Virus record (IMG/VR): IMGVR_UViG_3300025682_000001
Coordinates: 1-64,000 of that record
Length of the DNA: 64,000 nt
Strand: one strand, 5' to 3'
Origin: a virus
The notes beneath the pieces were generated by a model. The model ran no database searches, was not told the DNA's origin, and saw nothing but the letters and a program-made list of their open reading frames with translations. Shown here in pieces: positions 1 to 10,179 of this stretch (positions within the stretch are counted from its first letter, which is position 1; each line of letters starts with the position of its first letter). Made by a program: the position numbers and the translations under genes.

Positions 1-122
1 CGCTCTATGATACTCCCCGCGATGAGCTCGTCCAGCATACCGCGATTACACTTCACGTGCGTTGCCATAAAAAATACACCAATAGCTATGGCGCATATCA
101 GCAGGATGCGCTTAAGCTTCAT
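1..122 (-). CDS. Hypothetical protein, N-terminal fragment only (continues past the left edge); hydrophobic N-terminus
   Basis: ATG at 122-120 (minus strand) opens a stop-free frame to position 1: MKLKRILLICAIAIGVFFMATHVKCNRGMLDELIAGSIIE. The start is signal-peptide/TM-like. Absent from the ORF track because the window edge truncates it. Confidence 0.4.
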   Translation of the reverse strand, partial: MKLKRILLICAIAIGVFFMATHVKCNRGMLDELIAGSIIE

Positions 123-145
123 CGCGCCTGGTTTACCAAACCTGC

Positions 146-1411
146 CTAAACCACAGCAGGGTTGGAAGGCTGCCTTTCTTCAGCCATATTTTCACAGTTC
201 ATCCAAGATCGCCCGATTACGGGTCTTACATCCTGTCCCTGTGCGTTTAGAGAGTCCGTGAACCCACTCCGGCCTCTTATGATATTCAATGCTTGCCGTT
301 CTATATTCAAAGCCGCGTTCAAATCTCGATCTACAACATAACCGCACTCACAAATGAATACTCGATCATTTAGCGTCAAGTCATCTTTGATAGCTCCACA
401 CGCAGAACACAGGCGACTGGATGGGAAGAAGCGGTCAACCTCTACCAATTCACCGCCGTACCATTCCGCCTTGTATTGCAACTGTCGCTTGATCTCACCA
501 AATCCGGCATCTGCGATTGACAGAGCCATGCGATGGTTGCGTAACATTCCTGCCACGTTGAGATCTTCTACGCCAACAATTCGGTAGGTTTTCGCAATCT
601 CGGTAGTCATCTTGTGCTGGTAGTCTAATCGTCGGTTTGCTATCTGCCGGTGAAACCTTGCCAGCTTTCGTTTAGCGCGATTCCATCTACCGCTTCCCTC
701 TTGACGGCGAGATAGCTCACGATTCAAGCGCCTTAGCTTTCTAAGTTCTGATCTCAAGAGCTTTTGGTTTTCAAACTCTCTCCCATCACTCAGTACAGCT
801 AACGTCTTCACGCCTAAGTCTACCCCAACCGACTTTTGCAGATGCTTGTGTCCTGGCGGCCCTCCCTCTACGTTGATAGCGGCATACCAACAACCTGCAT
901 CTTCGGAGATCGTAACCGACTTAATCTCGCCATCAAATCGCAGTTCTTCTGCCATATTGATTGGTTCATTTAGCTTTTCCAACTTGAGCCAATGACCATC
1001 GGTGCTAACCCGTGACCCGTCCATTCTGAAAGATAACTTTGACCGCTTCTTAGATTTGAATTTGGGATAGCCCTTTTTGCTATCTCCGTTTTTGCACCGC
1101 CGAAAGAAGTTTCTGAAGGCATTATCAAGGTTGCGGAAACCGGTATCAACCGCACACTTGGTTACTTCATAAGACCAGGAAAACTGTTCGTGTCGAATGG
1201 CGTTGAATTGCTTTTTCAGAATATAAGCCGATGGCCTCTCCCCAGATTCGTATTGACGTTGCCATTCATCCAGGCCCCAGTTAAAAACAAATCTCGCCGT
1301 CCCACAAGCCTGGCGCAGATATTTCTCCTGTTCAGGCGTTGGATTCAATCGAACCTTATGCGCTCTCTGCATCGGAGTTTTCCTTGCGCTTGCGACCGCC
1401 TCGCGCTCCAT
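146..1411 (-). CDS. tnpB: TnpB (IS605 OrfB family, RuvC-type RNA-guided nuclease)
   Basis: RuvC triad motifs VGVDLGVKTLAV, IVGVEDLNVAGM and DRDLNAALNI. Zn finger CSACG...CECG. N-terminal KVRLNPTPEQ...FVFNWGL is typical of OrfB_IS605. Start may be the internal Met at 1372. Confidence 0.9.
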   Translation of the reverse strand: MEREAVASARKTPMQRAHKVRLNPTPEQEKYLRQACGTARFVFNWGLDEWQRQYESGERPSAYILKKQFNAIRHEQFSWSYEVTKCAVDTGFRNLDNAFRNFFRRCKNGDSKKGYPKFKSKKRSKLSFRMDGSRVSTDGHWLKLEKLNEPINMAEELRFDGEIKSVTISEDAGCWYAAINVEGGPPGHKHLQKSVGVDLGVKTLAVLSDGREFENQKLLRSELRKLRRLNRELSRRQEGSGRWNRAKRKLARFHRQIANRRLDYQHKMTTEIAKTYRIVGVEDLNVAGMLRNHRMALSIADAGFGEIKRQLQYKAEWYGGELVEVDRFFPSSRLCSACGAIKDDLTLNDRVFICECGYVVDRDLNAALNIERQALNIIRGRSGFTDSLNAQGQDVRPVIGRSWMNCENMAEERQPSNPAVV

Positions 1412-1967
1412 AGATTCTCGAACTAAAACTTACAATGATAGTTAAGATGTCCTCGACCAATTCTTCGTGTTCACTTTTCCCTTCTACTTGTTCAAGGACT
1501 TCTATCGTGCAACCCACACCTTTGAAAAAACGCTCAATGGTTCGGAATCCGAAGCGGGTGAGCCTATCTCGGTGTTCGACTACAACCTTTTTAACTTCGC
1601 CCTTGCAAGCAGCGTCTATGACCTTGAAGAATTGGCGGCGGTTATCGTTCAGGCCAGAGGCAATCTCAGAGCAATCGAGAACGATGCGGTAGCCACGCTC
1701 TCTGCAAGCCTCGATAAGTCTCTCGTGTTGGCGGGTAAGATTCTCCGCTTGCTTTTGCGTGCTAACTCTTGCATACAAAGCTACATCTTTCTCTGTGACA
1801 GTAACTCCATCTGATACAGACAACAGGGCCTCAATCTCTGCGCTGTCATATCTACGGTGCCCACCAACAGTGCGATGGTCAGTCAGCTTTCCATCCCTGA
1901 GCCACCGATGCAAGGTGGTCTTGGAAAGTCTGTAGGTCTTCTCTACTTCCGATTGCCTTAACAGCAT
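1356..1967 (-). CDS. tnpA: IS607-type serine recombinase transposase (MerR-like HTH + resolvase catalytic domain)
   Basis: N-terminal HTH (YRLSKTTLHRWLRDGKL...GGHRRY). Catalytic-serine motif VALYARVSTQKQ. Resolvase core VVVEHRDRLTRFG. Confidence 0.85.
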   Translation of the reverse strand: MLLRQSEVEKTYRLSKTTLHRWLRDGKLTDHRTVGGHRRYDSAEIEALLSVSDGVTVTEKDVALYARVSTQKQAENLTRQHERLIEACRERGYRIVLDCSEIASGLNDNRRQFFKVIDAACKGEVKKVVVEHRDRLTRFGFRTIERFFKGVGCTIEVLEQVEGKSEHEELVEDILTIIVSFSSRIYGARGGRKRKENSDAESA

Positions 1968-2100
1968 CCGTCATTACCTCATTCAGCCAGTTTTCGTAGT
2001 CCTGTTTGTCAGGCAAGGTCTCAAACGGTGGATCAACTTCAAGCCGTTCGCCATTGACCACCACGAAATCCTCACCAATCTCGTCTACAGTATACATCAT
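1879..2100 (-). CDS. Small IS607-associated ORF (73 aa), function unknown
   Basis: Strong RBS (AAGGAG, 6 nt before the ATG). Its 3' end overlaps the tnpA start. Homologous ORF in the same position in IS607 copy B (NGERLEVDPPFETLP...W versus NDGRIYQHPFELDEVP...W). Confidence 0.5.
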   Translation of the reverse strand: MMYTVDEIGEDFVVVNGERLEVDPPFETLPDKQDYENWLNEVMTDAVKAIGSREDLQTFQDHLASVAQGWKAD

Positions 2101-2150
2101 TTTTATCTCCTTGTCAAGTGGTTTGTTCAGGTTTTAGGAAGAAAAGTCAA

Positions 2151-3896
2151 TTATTCAGAAACTGCTCGCGCCTCCTTGACTAACGCAACGCTGATGTAAC
2201 CACTGGCATAATACTCCTCACCCTCAGCACCGTCAAGGCTGAAGGTAATAACATCATCAGCGGCTAGGGGAATGAGGGGCGGGGATTGAGTCCTGCTATT
2301 ATTATACACAAACTTCACCCCCACCGCCGTTGCCTCGCCGTTTTTGGTTGCTGTTATGTAAGCTGGTTGGCTAGGCTGCGGTGCCACGTATCTATTGACA
2401 AACACCACTTCGGATAGCATCCAGCCGTCTCCCGGGGCGCGGAATGTGGCTATCTCAGAGTTATCCCACCACGTCTGTCGGCCGTAGTTGGGGGAAATAC
2501 CACCACTCTCATGAGGATAAGAGTAGTAATGCCACCAGGTGTCGGTGGTAGTAAGGTCCGGATGATACCACTCATACGTCTCCGTCCACCCGAAGTCTGG
2601 GCCGAGGTTGAGGTGTATCCAGGTCACACCTGTGCGTGTCAGCTTGCTCGATGTCATCGACGCGGTTACCCTGCCGGGCAATACCGTGCGTGATCCCAGG
2701 AGGATTAAACGGCTCGAGCCCATCGGGGTGTAGCGCACTCGCGGATAACACCCGCCATCATCAGTACCCAGAGGGGTAAGGTCACGCTCTGCGTGTGGGG
2801 GTAGAATCGCCGGATCAAGGCCGTGGCTGATGCTGCCGTCACGCGCCCAGATTTGCGTGTAAGCCCTGGCGGTGGCTTCTTCCACGTCTGCACCCTCACT
2901 ACGACTAATACACGCAGCAATCAACACTCCATGCGTGCCCGGGTCGGCTACCGCCTCTAGAGTAGTGTCAATAGTTGCGTCCAAGACGCCAACGGTTAGC
3001 TGCCCCAAACCCTCTCCAGCGGAGGCAATGCGACTATCGTTGCGGTCCTGGGCGACACCTGCTCCGCGCACGTTATCCCCTGCGAGGCCAGGGACGAAGA
3101 CATGGCCCCTGCGTGGGCCCCAGTGGGCTGAAGAACGCTCACGCCAGCCGAGGCCCGACCTGAGCAACAATAAGTAAACAAACGGGCTAATCTCAGGCAT
3201 GGCGCTAAAACTTAGTCCCATCCCGGCTGAATCGTCGTTGTGTATCGCGGAGCGGCTTGCATTGCCGCATGGCTGAGTTGAATCGTCGATAAAGCCGTGA
3301 TATAGAGTCTTCATGGTCGCCAAGCCGCCGATACGCGGATCTAGCGCAGAAGACGAGCGATATTGCCTAGCCGACGCACGGCGATCTATCAGAACTGGAT
3401 TACCGTCAAGCGGGTTTTTTATCTCTGCTATCAATAGATCATTAACGGCCACAGACGTTGCGCCGGAGTCTATTAGATACAGCCTAACTCCATCGCGGCG
3501 GAAGCCATATGCTGCATCATTCTCGCCATACCCATCCGCCTTATCTAACCTGACGTGCCGCAGCGGTTGATAAGCTAACATCAAAAACTGAGCATTATCG
3601 CTGCGCGGGATTGCAATCGACACGGTAGAACTATCGCCGCGGAAGACTTCTCCATTGGGGAAGATTACGTCACCCGACAGCATGGCCACCATGCATTCCC
3701 CCGAAGAGCTTGTCGCGGCAGAAGTAGCCAGATCGGGCTTAAAGGCATTGCCGATAAATCCGCCGCCCAACATAGCAACACGCAATGTATCCGCCACGTT
3801 AGCGTTATTGAGCGATTGCAGAATAGACAGACTATCCGGGATGGATATCGCTAGCTTGTTTACATGATTGTATCTATTCATGACGCCCAATTCCAT
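2151..3896 (-). CDS. Large hypothetical protein, probable virion (fibre/receptor-binding-like) protein
   Basis: 581-aa ORF. Its start overlaps the stop of the upstream gene within a co-directional block. Ser/Thr/Gly-rich beta-type composition. No recognisable motif. Confidence 0.6.
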   Translation of the reverse strand: MELGVMNRYNHVNKLAISIPDSLSILQSLNNANVADTLRVAMLGGGFIGNAFKPDLATSAATSSSGECMVAMLSGDVIFPNGEVFRGDSSTVSIAIPRSDNAQFLMLAYQPLRHVRLDKADGYGENDAAYGFRRDGVRLYLIDSGATSVAVNDLLIAEIKNPLDGNPVLIDRRASARQYRSSSALDPRIGGLATMKTLYHGFIDDSTQPCGNASRSAIHNDDSAGMGLSFSAMPEISPFVYLLLLRSGLGWRERSSAHWGPRRGHVFVPGLAGDNVRGAGVAQDRNDSRIASAGEGLGQLTVGVLDATIDTTLEAVADPGTHGVLIAACISRSEGADVEEATARAYTQIWARDGSISHGLDPAILPPHAERDLTPLGTDDGGCYPRVRYTPMGSSRLILLGSRTVLPGRVTASMTSSKLTRTGVTWIHLNLGPDFGWTETYEWYHPDLTTTDTWWHYYSYPHESGGISPNYGRQTWWDNSEIATFRAPGDGWMLSEVVFVNRYVAPQPSQPAYITATKNGEATAVGVKFVYNNSRTQSPPLIPLAADDVITFSLDGAEGEEYYASGYISVALVKEARAVSE

Positions 3897-5635
3897 CCGT
3901 CATCGACATAAAGCATCACCGACATCAGATATGGGCGGCACTCATTGCCTTCTATCTTAAGCTCGAGCAGATTCGCCGCAGGGACAGCCCTCACTGGATC
4001 AAACACGACATAAGCCCTACCGGTGTTGCCGAAATTAAGCAAGGGAACCGTCGCGCCATCACGCACCAGGCTAATAGTGCCACCATTAGGAATTAGGTGA
4101 TTGTCGTCAGGATCTGAATTCCCCCACATCATCTCGCCATCCGCGTTACAGCCCTTAGGCATGCAGCATGATACTCTCGATATGTTCATCGCATGCGTGT
4201 CGGTCCAGGAGGCTATAACTGTCGAAGTCGAGCCGTTGGGGATTATCATGTTGGTGGCGTTAATTGTAATGATCCTTTCCGCGCCTGAGCTTATGCCGCC
4301 TGGAGAACCGCTGCCCCACTGGCGCACGCTAGGCGTGGTGTCGCATAACACTATTTGGCCTAGCCAGTCGATAACCCTAACCTGCACCATGTAATACGGA
4401 TTGGTCGGCACAATGGTGTGATATACCGCATTAGCTGGCCCTTCGTAGATAAGATTACCGCGCTCGGCAATTGTGTCGGCCGGAGATGAAGGCTGACTGC
4501 TCCACTCGCGGACAAATACTTGGCAAATATACGGCCCCTCAGTGAGTCTGCTTATCACGGGGCGTATTTTGATTACGTTTTTTGCCGAAAACGGCTGCGA
4601 TATATAGACATCGAGAGCGGGCCTGGTGGACTCGTCTATTGTCTCACGACGCGCCCCGCCGCGGATTGGCGGCAGCGTGACGGGAAGAGCGATTCTCTGC
4701 GCTATTGTGTCGTCAACCTCTGTTATCGAAACCTCATATCTAGTCCCATTGGCACACGGCAACGCCACCTTAACACTCGCCCCATCAGTCGCGGGGTGAT
4801 GAAATACTTCAGTATCTATGGCCCGCTCGGGTATGGGCTTGCCGCCCAAACCAAGAGGGGTGGCGCGTACCTTGTAATATGCTATCCCGCCCACGCGTTC
4901 GGCCTTCTCTACAGAGGGGGCTAGCCAGCTTAGACACAACACCGCGCCGGATACGTCACATGCAACGTTACCCTCATGGTCGAGGGGCACGCTAGCGCCA
5001 TTGAGTATGTAATTATCCGGCCGCAGCTGCGCTAAGCACGTGGTGCGCAAATTAACGTCGTCAAATGCAGATAGCGCAACGTCGTCATTGTAACAGCTGC
5101 TAGTCAGCTCAAGGCGGTAGTTATTGCTGACGTTGGTCATCCGCCACGCGCCAGCGACATCCTCCAGCTCGCATATGACCAGTTCCCCACCACTAGTATC
5201 GCGGATTTCAATCGCCGCAGTATCGCGAGTGGCTACATCAACTGAAGTGACCGCCCCGCTGCCGGCTTTGTGGTCATAGGGATGCGAATCGACAGTGGCG
5301 TGGGTCAATACGACATATAAGCGACTTGTTTCGCCAGGCTCGGGAAGCTCCATCTGCACGACTTGATTGGTGATGCGTGGGATGAAGACGCTGTAATCCT
5401 TAAACACCGCACTGCCCAAGGTGATATACAGCGTATTGGCGTGCAACTTAGTCTCGAATGCCCCACCGGAGCACCTCAAGCCGGGTTTGCGAATCAACGC
5501 CCGCCTGAGGGCTTCCGCGTTACGCCCTAGAGCGACTTGCAGGTTATCATACAAATCCCCTAGCGTAGTCATCAACCCATCGCTGATGTGCAGCGTACAC
5601 AGAGCAGGCCTGACCGGAACGGTAACGCTACTCAC
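3878..5635 (-). CDS. Large hypothetical protein, probable virion protein
   Basis: 585-aa ORF. 4-nt start/stop overlap with the upstream gene at 5632-5635. Beta-rich composition. Confidence 0.6.
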   Translation of the reverse strand: MSSVTVPVRPALCTLHISDGLMTTLGDLYDNLQVALGRNAEALRRALIRKPGLRCSGGAFETKLHANTLYITLGSAVFKDYSVFIPRITNQVVQMELPEPGETSRLYVVLTHATVDSHPYDHKAGSGAVTSVDVATRDTAAIEIRDTSGGELVICELEDVAGAWRMTNVSNNYRLELTSSCYNDDVALSAFDDVNLRTTCLAQLRPDNYILNGASVPLDHEGNVACDVSGAVLCLSWLAPSVEKAERVGGIAYYKVRATPLGLGGKPIPERAIDTEVFHHPATDGASVKVALPCANGTRYEVSITEVDDTIAQRIALPVTLPPIRGGARRETIDESTRPALDVYISQPFSAKNVIKIRPVISRLTEGPYICQVFVREWSSQPSSPADTIAERGNLIYEGPANAVYHTIVPTNPYYMVQVRVIDWLGQIVLCDTTPSVRQWGSGSPGGISSGAERIITINATNMIIPNGSTSTVIASWTDTHAMNISRVSCCMPKGCNADGEMMWGNSDPDDNHLIPNGGTISLVRDGATVPLLNFGNTGRAYVVFDPVRAVPAANLLELKIEGNECRPYLMSVMLYVDDGWNWAS

Positions 5636-7476
5636 GATATCTGCTCCAGCGTGATGGTAACCTCACCAGCAATCATGATGATGCAACCGTGATAACCCGA
5701 TGGATGTGCCGTTTCGTCAATATCAAACCCTAAATTAATATCTATCGCCCGGTTAGCGTCGAATGATTGCTCCGACAGCATATTACCGGCATAAGATTTA
5801 GACGCAGGCGTGACATACCAGTGGCGGTGGTATTTATCATAATCAGCCGTGGGGGGACCATTATTAAAACCGTGCTTATTATTTTGCCACCCGTAAATAT
5901 CAAGCTCGAGCTTGCCGTCGATTGAACAGTGAACTTTAGATGTATCCGGCACCGAAGAGCTGTCTGCTGGGATAACCTCAAGCCACACCTTGCCGGCGGG
6001 GGTCCATGGTATTCCGTTTATGTTATTGACCTTTCTCCGCTCGTACGATCCGTGTGAGATGAAGTCTATTGCCACGATCCTTGCACCTGGAGCTGGGGGG
6101 TAAAACGTCCCGCAGTAAACGCTGCCGCTTGCGTTGAATGTATCACTACTCGCATTGATCTTCACCGCGATGGGGAGCGATATCGTGCTGCGCGTGATGT
6201 TGTAAGACGCAATGGGCGGCACGCCCCATGGCACGGATTGCCATTCGGAGTACTCCGAACACAACATGCCGGGGGACACCACGCGAGCGCGGAATTGCGG
6301 GCTTTCAGACGATTCCGCCATGATCTGCACGTCACCCGCCAGGCCTTCATATACCAAGACCTGCTCTTGATAGCCTATCTCGAATAACGTGCTACTGCGC
6401 TTGAAGATCTGCACCTTATACGGCATCGGTATGCCGGCCTCGATCTCAACGCGGAGGTTAACTATTAGCGGGTCGTCAAGCACCCTCTGTATTTCTAGAC
6501 TAGGAGCGGCGGGACGCTTGAATACCAAATCCGCCCCGGCTAGGATATCACCCGTGGAACACCATTCTCCTGGAAGACGATTCGCACGGATTGATATGCT
6601 GCGCACGTCAGCGCAGTATCTTACACCATGCACTGCCGGAAAGGATACTAGATATGGCGCGTTATCGTGTCTGGGCAGGATCAACTCGCGGAAGATAACC
6701 GTATCCGACACCTCTCCGGAGGGCTTGTAAGGCCTGCAGCGCACGTCGTAGGCCCATATCTCCGTTTCGGGCTGCGCCGGCTGCCATGATACGTCTAACA
6801 TAACGTGACTAGCAGAAGCGTTGGCTAGCGACGAGATGGTGTTAGAAGCTATCGCAGTACTACTGCCAGGCTCAGCGCTCAGCGCGGTGCGGCTATGTAT
6901 CTCCAACGCACGCGGCGCTGGCGGCGGAGTTACGGCCTCGTCTTGTATCAACGTGAAGCTGTTTTTGGATCGCAAGTCCCACAAGATCTCCACCGCGCCA
7001 CCCAGGTCGATGGTTAACTCATAAAGCGGTATCGAGTGCGGGCCGTAAGATTCTGTCGTGCTTAACTGCAAGCCCTGCATCACACAAGACCTGGTATTGT
7101 CACCCTGCGGGCCTGGCTCGGGATGATAATTCGGCGCGTATTCACCCGGAGCTTCGTAGTGCATCCTCTTGATTAGCAGCAGGTATCCCTTAAACGACCG
7201 CCCCAGCTGATACTTCAGCGTGATCTCTTCCTCGGGTAGAGACATCTGGAAGTCAGGCCAAACCACACCGGAGGCGTTGCGGCAGATTAACAGCAGCCGG
7301 GTCCCAACCTTGATGCATTTTAGCTCATACGAGTCTGCGGAATCCATCAAGATTCCCGGACTGCGCGTCAGCACGCGGAGGCGCTTGTCGACATTAGCCG
7401 CATGCGCCTCCTGCACTGACATGATATCATCAGCCAGGCTGGCTACTACCCCTGGCTCGAGGACGTACTTTTCCAT
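5632..7476 (-). CDS. Large hypothetical protein, probable virion protein
   Basis: 614-aa ORF directly abutting the upstream gene (7477). Same block. Confidence 0.6.
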   Translation of the reverse strand: MEKYVLEPGVVASLADDIMSVQEAHAANVDKRLRVLTRSPGILMDSADSYELKCIKVGTRLLLICRNASGVVWPDFQMSLPEEEITLKYQLGRSFKGYLLLIKRMHYEAPGEYAPNYHPEPGPQGDNTRSCVMQGLQLSTTESYGPHSIPLYELTIDLGGAVEILWDLRSKNSFTLIQDEAVTPPPAPRALEIHSRTALSAEPGSSTAIASNTISSLANASASHVMLDVSWQPAQPETEIWAYDVRCRPYKPSGEVSDTVIFRELILPRHDNAPYLVSFPAVHGVRYCADVRSISIRANRLPGEWCSTGDILAGADLVFKRPAAPSLEIQRVLDDPLIVNLRVEIEAGIPMPYKVQIFKRSSTLFEIGYQEQVLVYEGLAGDVQIMAESSESPQFRARVVSPGMLCSEYSEWQSVPWGVPPIASYNITRSTISLPIAVKINASSDTFNASGSVYCGTFYPPAPGARIVAIDFISHGSYERRKVNNINGIPWTPAGKVWLEVIPADSSSVPDTSKVHCSIDGKLELDIYGWQNNKHGFNNGPPTADYDKYHRHWYVTPASKSYAGNMLSEQSFDANRAIDINLGFDIDETAHPSGYHGCIIMIAGEVTITLEQIS

Positions 7477-8712
7477 TTAATCCCTGTAACGCCTATTTGT
7501 GCAAGGATACGATAGCGGCGATTCCGCACCGGCAATGTTGCCTATCGTCATTGCATACACCTTGTCTCGAGTAACGTAAGATTCCACCCATACCAGGTTG
7601 GGGTCTTCAGAGGGCTCGACTCCGAATTCCCCGTTTGTCACACGCGCCTGCATGGAGTAGACCTTGAATGACGACACCGTATCGGTAGTCGATGCCCCGA
7701 CTTCGGTTATCTTAATCCAACGCGCCACTACGGGGATGGAGATCTCATCATCAAACGCCCCCGCGGTGGTGTCATTCCAGTAAATAGTCTCCCATCCACT
7801 GATGGGAGCTGTACTCTGATCAGCATCGCTGTAGGATACGGCTATACCCCCACCCGTGGCGATTGTTCCCGTAATCTCCATGCGATGCACGGCGCGCACG
7901 CCAAAAGAGGAGTAATCCGGGAATTTATTCTGCCTATGCCATGGCTCTTCAGGCTCGAGGCCGGCGCCTAGGTCGATAACGATAGCCGCGCCATTACCGG
8001 CAGTGCTCGTTGCAGAAGTAGAGGCATCGCCGTCATAGATATTGCCAGGATTGGACCATGTACTTGAAGTACAATAAGAAGCATCCTGCCAATCCGTTTC
8101 AGGGCCACTGATGGCGCCGCCTTCTAAAACCAGGCTCCAATCTATGGGGGCATCAAAGGCCTCCGCCGACACCGCCGTCGGGCTTAGTGCAACATTAGGG
8201 TTAGTTGTCGGATTCCAATCAAAGAGGGACTCGGAAACAGCCCCACTGGTCGCTAGCGCGGTAGCAGCCCCCGTATCGAGCGTACAGGACAGCCTAACCC
8301 CGAGACAATGCACAGCCATCGCACACTCTGTGTCTGGGAAACTAGAGAAGTGGATCGGCTGCAGGAGTGGATAGGTGTACTCACCCGGCGAGAGATCGAC
8401 ATCGTCACTCTTTAGAAAGACACGCCCCACTCTAGTATACTTGATAGCGCTAGCACGCTTTTCCCAGAACGTAAACGTTAGCGTACAAAGCCCACTGCCT
8501 AGACTCGCTATTCTGTAGCGCAACCACGATATCGTGCTACCAGCAGAGGGACGCCACGACCTGCAAAACAGCGTTCTATCGTCAGGCATTAACTCGCCCC
8601 TGTCACGCACACCCCAGCCGCAAAAGCCACTATTGCCAACACCCTCATAGACCTTGATCTTGTTGTATATCTGCGTGTCCATGATGTTGTTAATGCCAAA
8701 AACGCTAGCCAC
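7477..8712 (-). CDS. Hypothetical protein with a discoidin/F5-8 type C-like carbohydrate-binding segment
   Basis: The segment NIYDGDASTSATSTAGNGAAIVIDLGAG...RMEITG resembles the N-x-DGD...W...IDLG signature of discoidin/CBM32 domains. GTG-type start with a GGAGG RBS. Confidence 0.55.
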   Translation of the reverse strand: MASVFGINNIMDTQIYNKIKVYEGVGNSGFCGWGVRDRGELMPDDRTLFCRSWRPSAGSTISWLRYRIASLGSGLCTLTFTFWEKRASAIKYTRVGRVFLKSDDVDLSPGEYTYPLLQPIHFSSFPDTECAMAVHCLGVRLSCTLDTGAATALATSGAVSESLFDWNPTTNPNVALSPTAVSAEAFDAPIDWSLVLEGGAISGPETDWQDASYCTSSTWSNPGNIYDGDASTSATSTAGNGAAIVIDLGAGLEPEEPWHRQNKFPDYSSFGVRAVHRMEITGTIATGGGIAVSYSDADQSTAPISGWETIYWNDTTAGAFDDEISIPVVARWIKITEVGASTTDTVSSFKVYSMQARVTNGEFGVEPSEDPNLVWVESYVTRDKVYAMTIGNIAGAESPLSYPCTNRRYRD

Positions 8713-8771
8713 GACATACCTCCTATATCTCGAAGCCTAAGTCAGTATAACATCTCTTTGGCTCGGGCAAC

Positions 8772-10178
8772 TTACCCGCCTAGACTGTACGGCCCGCTGA
8801 AGTCCGAAACGCCAGGGGCGATATTAAGCACGAAACTAGTTGTCCAACACGTCGCAATGCTAGGGGCAACACTCAGCGTGGCATTGCTTATCCTGAGATC
8901 ACCCACTACGGGGGCGGGTAGTTGAGCTAAGCCATAGCCCATGTATGTAACGCCAAACCCGCCCCGTGGATCCAATACCCCGCCGAAGTTTTGACTAATC
9001 ACCGGCGACCTTAGCGAGCGCAGCGTGGTTTCGTTGTACACTATGTCGACGATTGCATCAAAACGCACTACGTAATATGCCTTGTCGCCCATTGGCTTGT
9101 TGCGATTGATAAAAGCCACTACGCGGTCCCAATCAATGGCGAATTCTCCAGAAGAAGTATCGAAAGGAAGATCGCCGTTAAATGCACAAACGAAGGTATG
9201 ATGCGTCGCTGGATATCCTATCGGATAACGCGCCCACAGCCATGGATCAGTCACGCGGTCGATGATATCACACGCCTGGACGAGTAACTCACCCACGACT
9301 ATTTCATCGCCAATGGCTATGCCTTGCCAGCCAGTCTCGCCTAGCGTCTTCCACGGCAGACCTGTGTCGTTCTGCACGATAATAGTCCCACCGGGGATTC
9401 TCAGCGTTAAGCTTGAGCTATCCATGGCCTGAACTATCCCACTCGCGGGAGCTATCGGCCAGTCGTTGTGAATGTAAATACCGCTAGCTAGTGAAGGCAA
9501 TATCGGGCCGAGCAACTGACAAGCCCATAGCGTCAAGAGATCCCAATACGTCCGGCTTTCTTTTTTCCGCGCCGGGCCATAATCGACAAACTCGCCGAAA
9601 CGATCCACCATGGTGTCTGAATACTTAGCTCGCCACTGCGTTGCCCATAGAACAATGCAAGCCTTGCCATCTTCGTAGGATATCATGTCGGGATCCCAGT
9701 AGGATGCATCGTGGAAGCTGATTGTCCCGTACTCGTTGTCATGAATACCCGTCGTAAAACTGAACTGCCCATCCGGGGCAGGACCGCGCAGAAGCATGCT
9801 GTCGACTTTAGCTAGGGAGTCATCCAGCTGGTCAATCCTTCTGATATCAGGATCGACGTAGTAGCTATGATACGCAGGGTCAGAGGGGTCGTTGCTTACT
9901 CGAGTATCTTCACTGAGCACAACCAGGCGCGGAAATGGCTCGTTGGTATCACCACGATACGGCCCGGAAAGCAGCGTGAAGTCATGCTTATGCTGCTCGA
10001 ACCATACACTGAAAGCCGATAGCCATTTCTGCCAGAAGCGCCATATGGCGTTGGGGTATTCCCGATTAGCGGTTACCCAATCCCATATGTCGGCTAGACA
10101 GCTCCACACGGTAGAGAAATCGCTGCGATCCAGCGACTCTGAATGCCGAACGATGAATGGGGAGGGGGTGAGGGTCAC
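8772..10178 (-). CDS. Hypothetical protein (468 aa)
   Basis: Long ORF in the co-directional block, abutting 10180-11187. No motif recognised. Confidence 0.6.
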   Translation of the reverse strand: MTLTPSPFIVRHSESLDRSDFSTVWSCLADIWDWVTANREYPNAIWRFWQKWLSAFSVWFEQHKHDFTLLSGPYRGDTNEPFPRLVVLSEDTRVSNDPSDPAYHSYYVDPDIRRIDQLDDSLAKVDSMLLRGPAPDGQFSFTTGIHDNEYGTISFHDASYWDPDMISYEDGKACIVLWATQWRAKYSDTMVDRFGEFVDYGPARKKESRTYWDLLTLWACQLLGPILPSLASGIYIHNDWPIAPASGIVQAMDSSSLTLRIPGGTIIVQNDTGLPWKTLGETGWQGIAIGDEIVVGELLVQACDIIDRVTDPWLWARYPIGYPATHHTFVCAFNGDLPFDTSSGEFAIDWDRVVAFINRNKPMGDKAYYVVRFDAIVDIVYNETTLRSLRSPVISQNFGGVLDPRGGFGVTYMGYGLAQLPAPVVGDLRISNATLSVAPSIATCWTTSFVLNIAPGVSDFSGPYSLGG

Positions 10179-10179
10179 G

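Larger units (their letters stand above)
123..2150 (-). mobile_element. IS607-family insertion sequence, copy A (small ORF + serine-recombinase tnpA + tnpB); boundaries approximate
   Basis: tnpA (MerR-HTH + resolvase) overlaps tnpB. The unit exactly fills the gap between two minus-strand phage genes. Same gene order as the second copy at 14036-16181. Confidence 0.75.
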
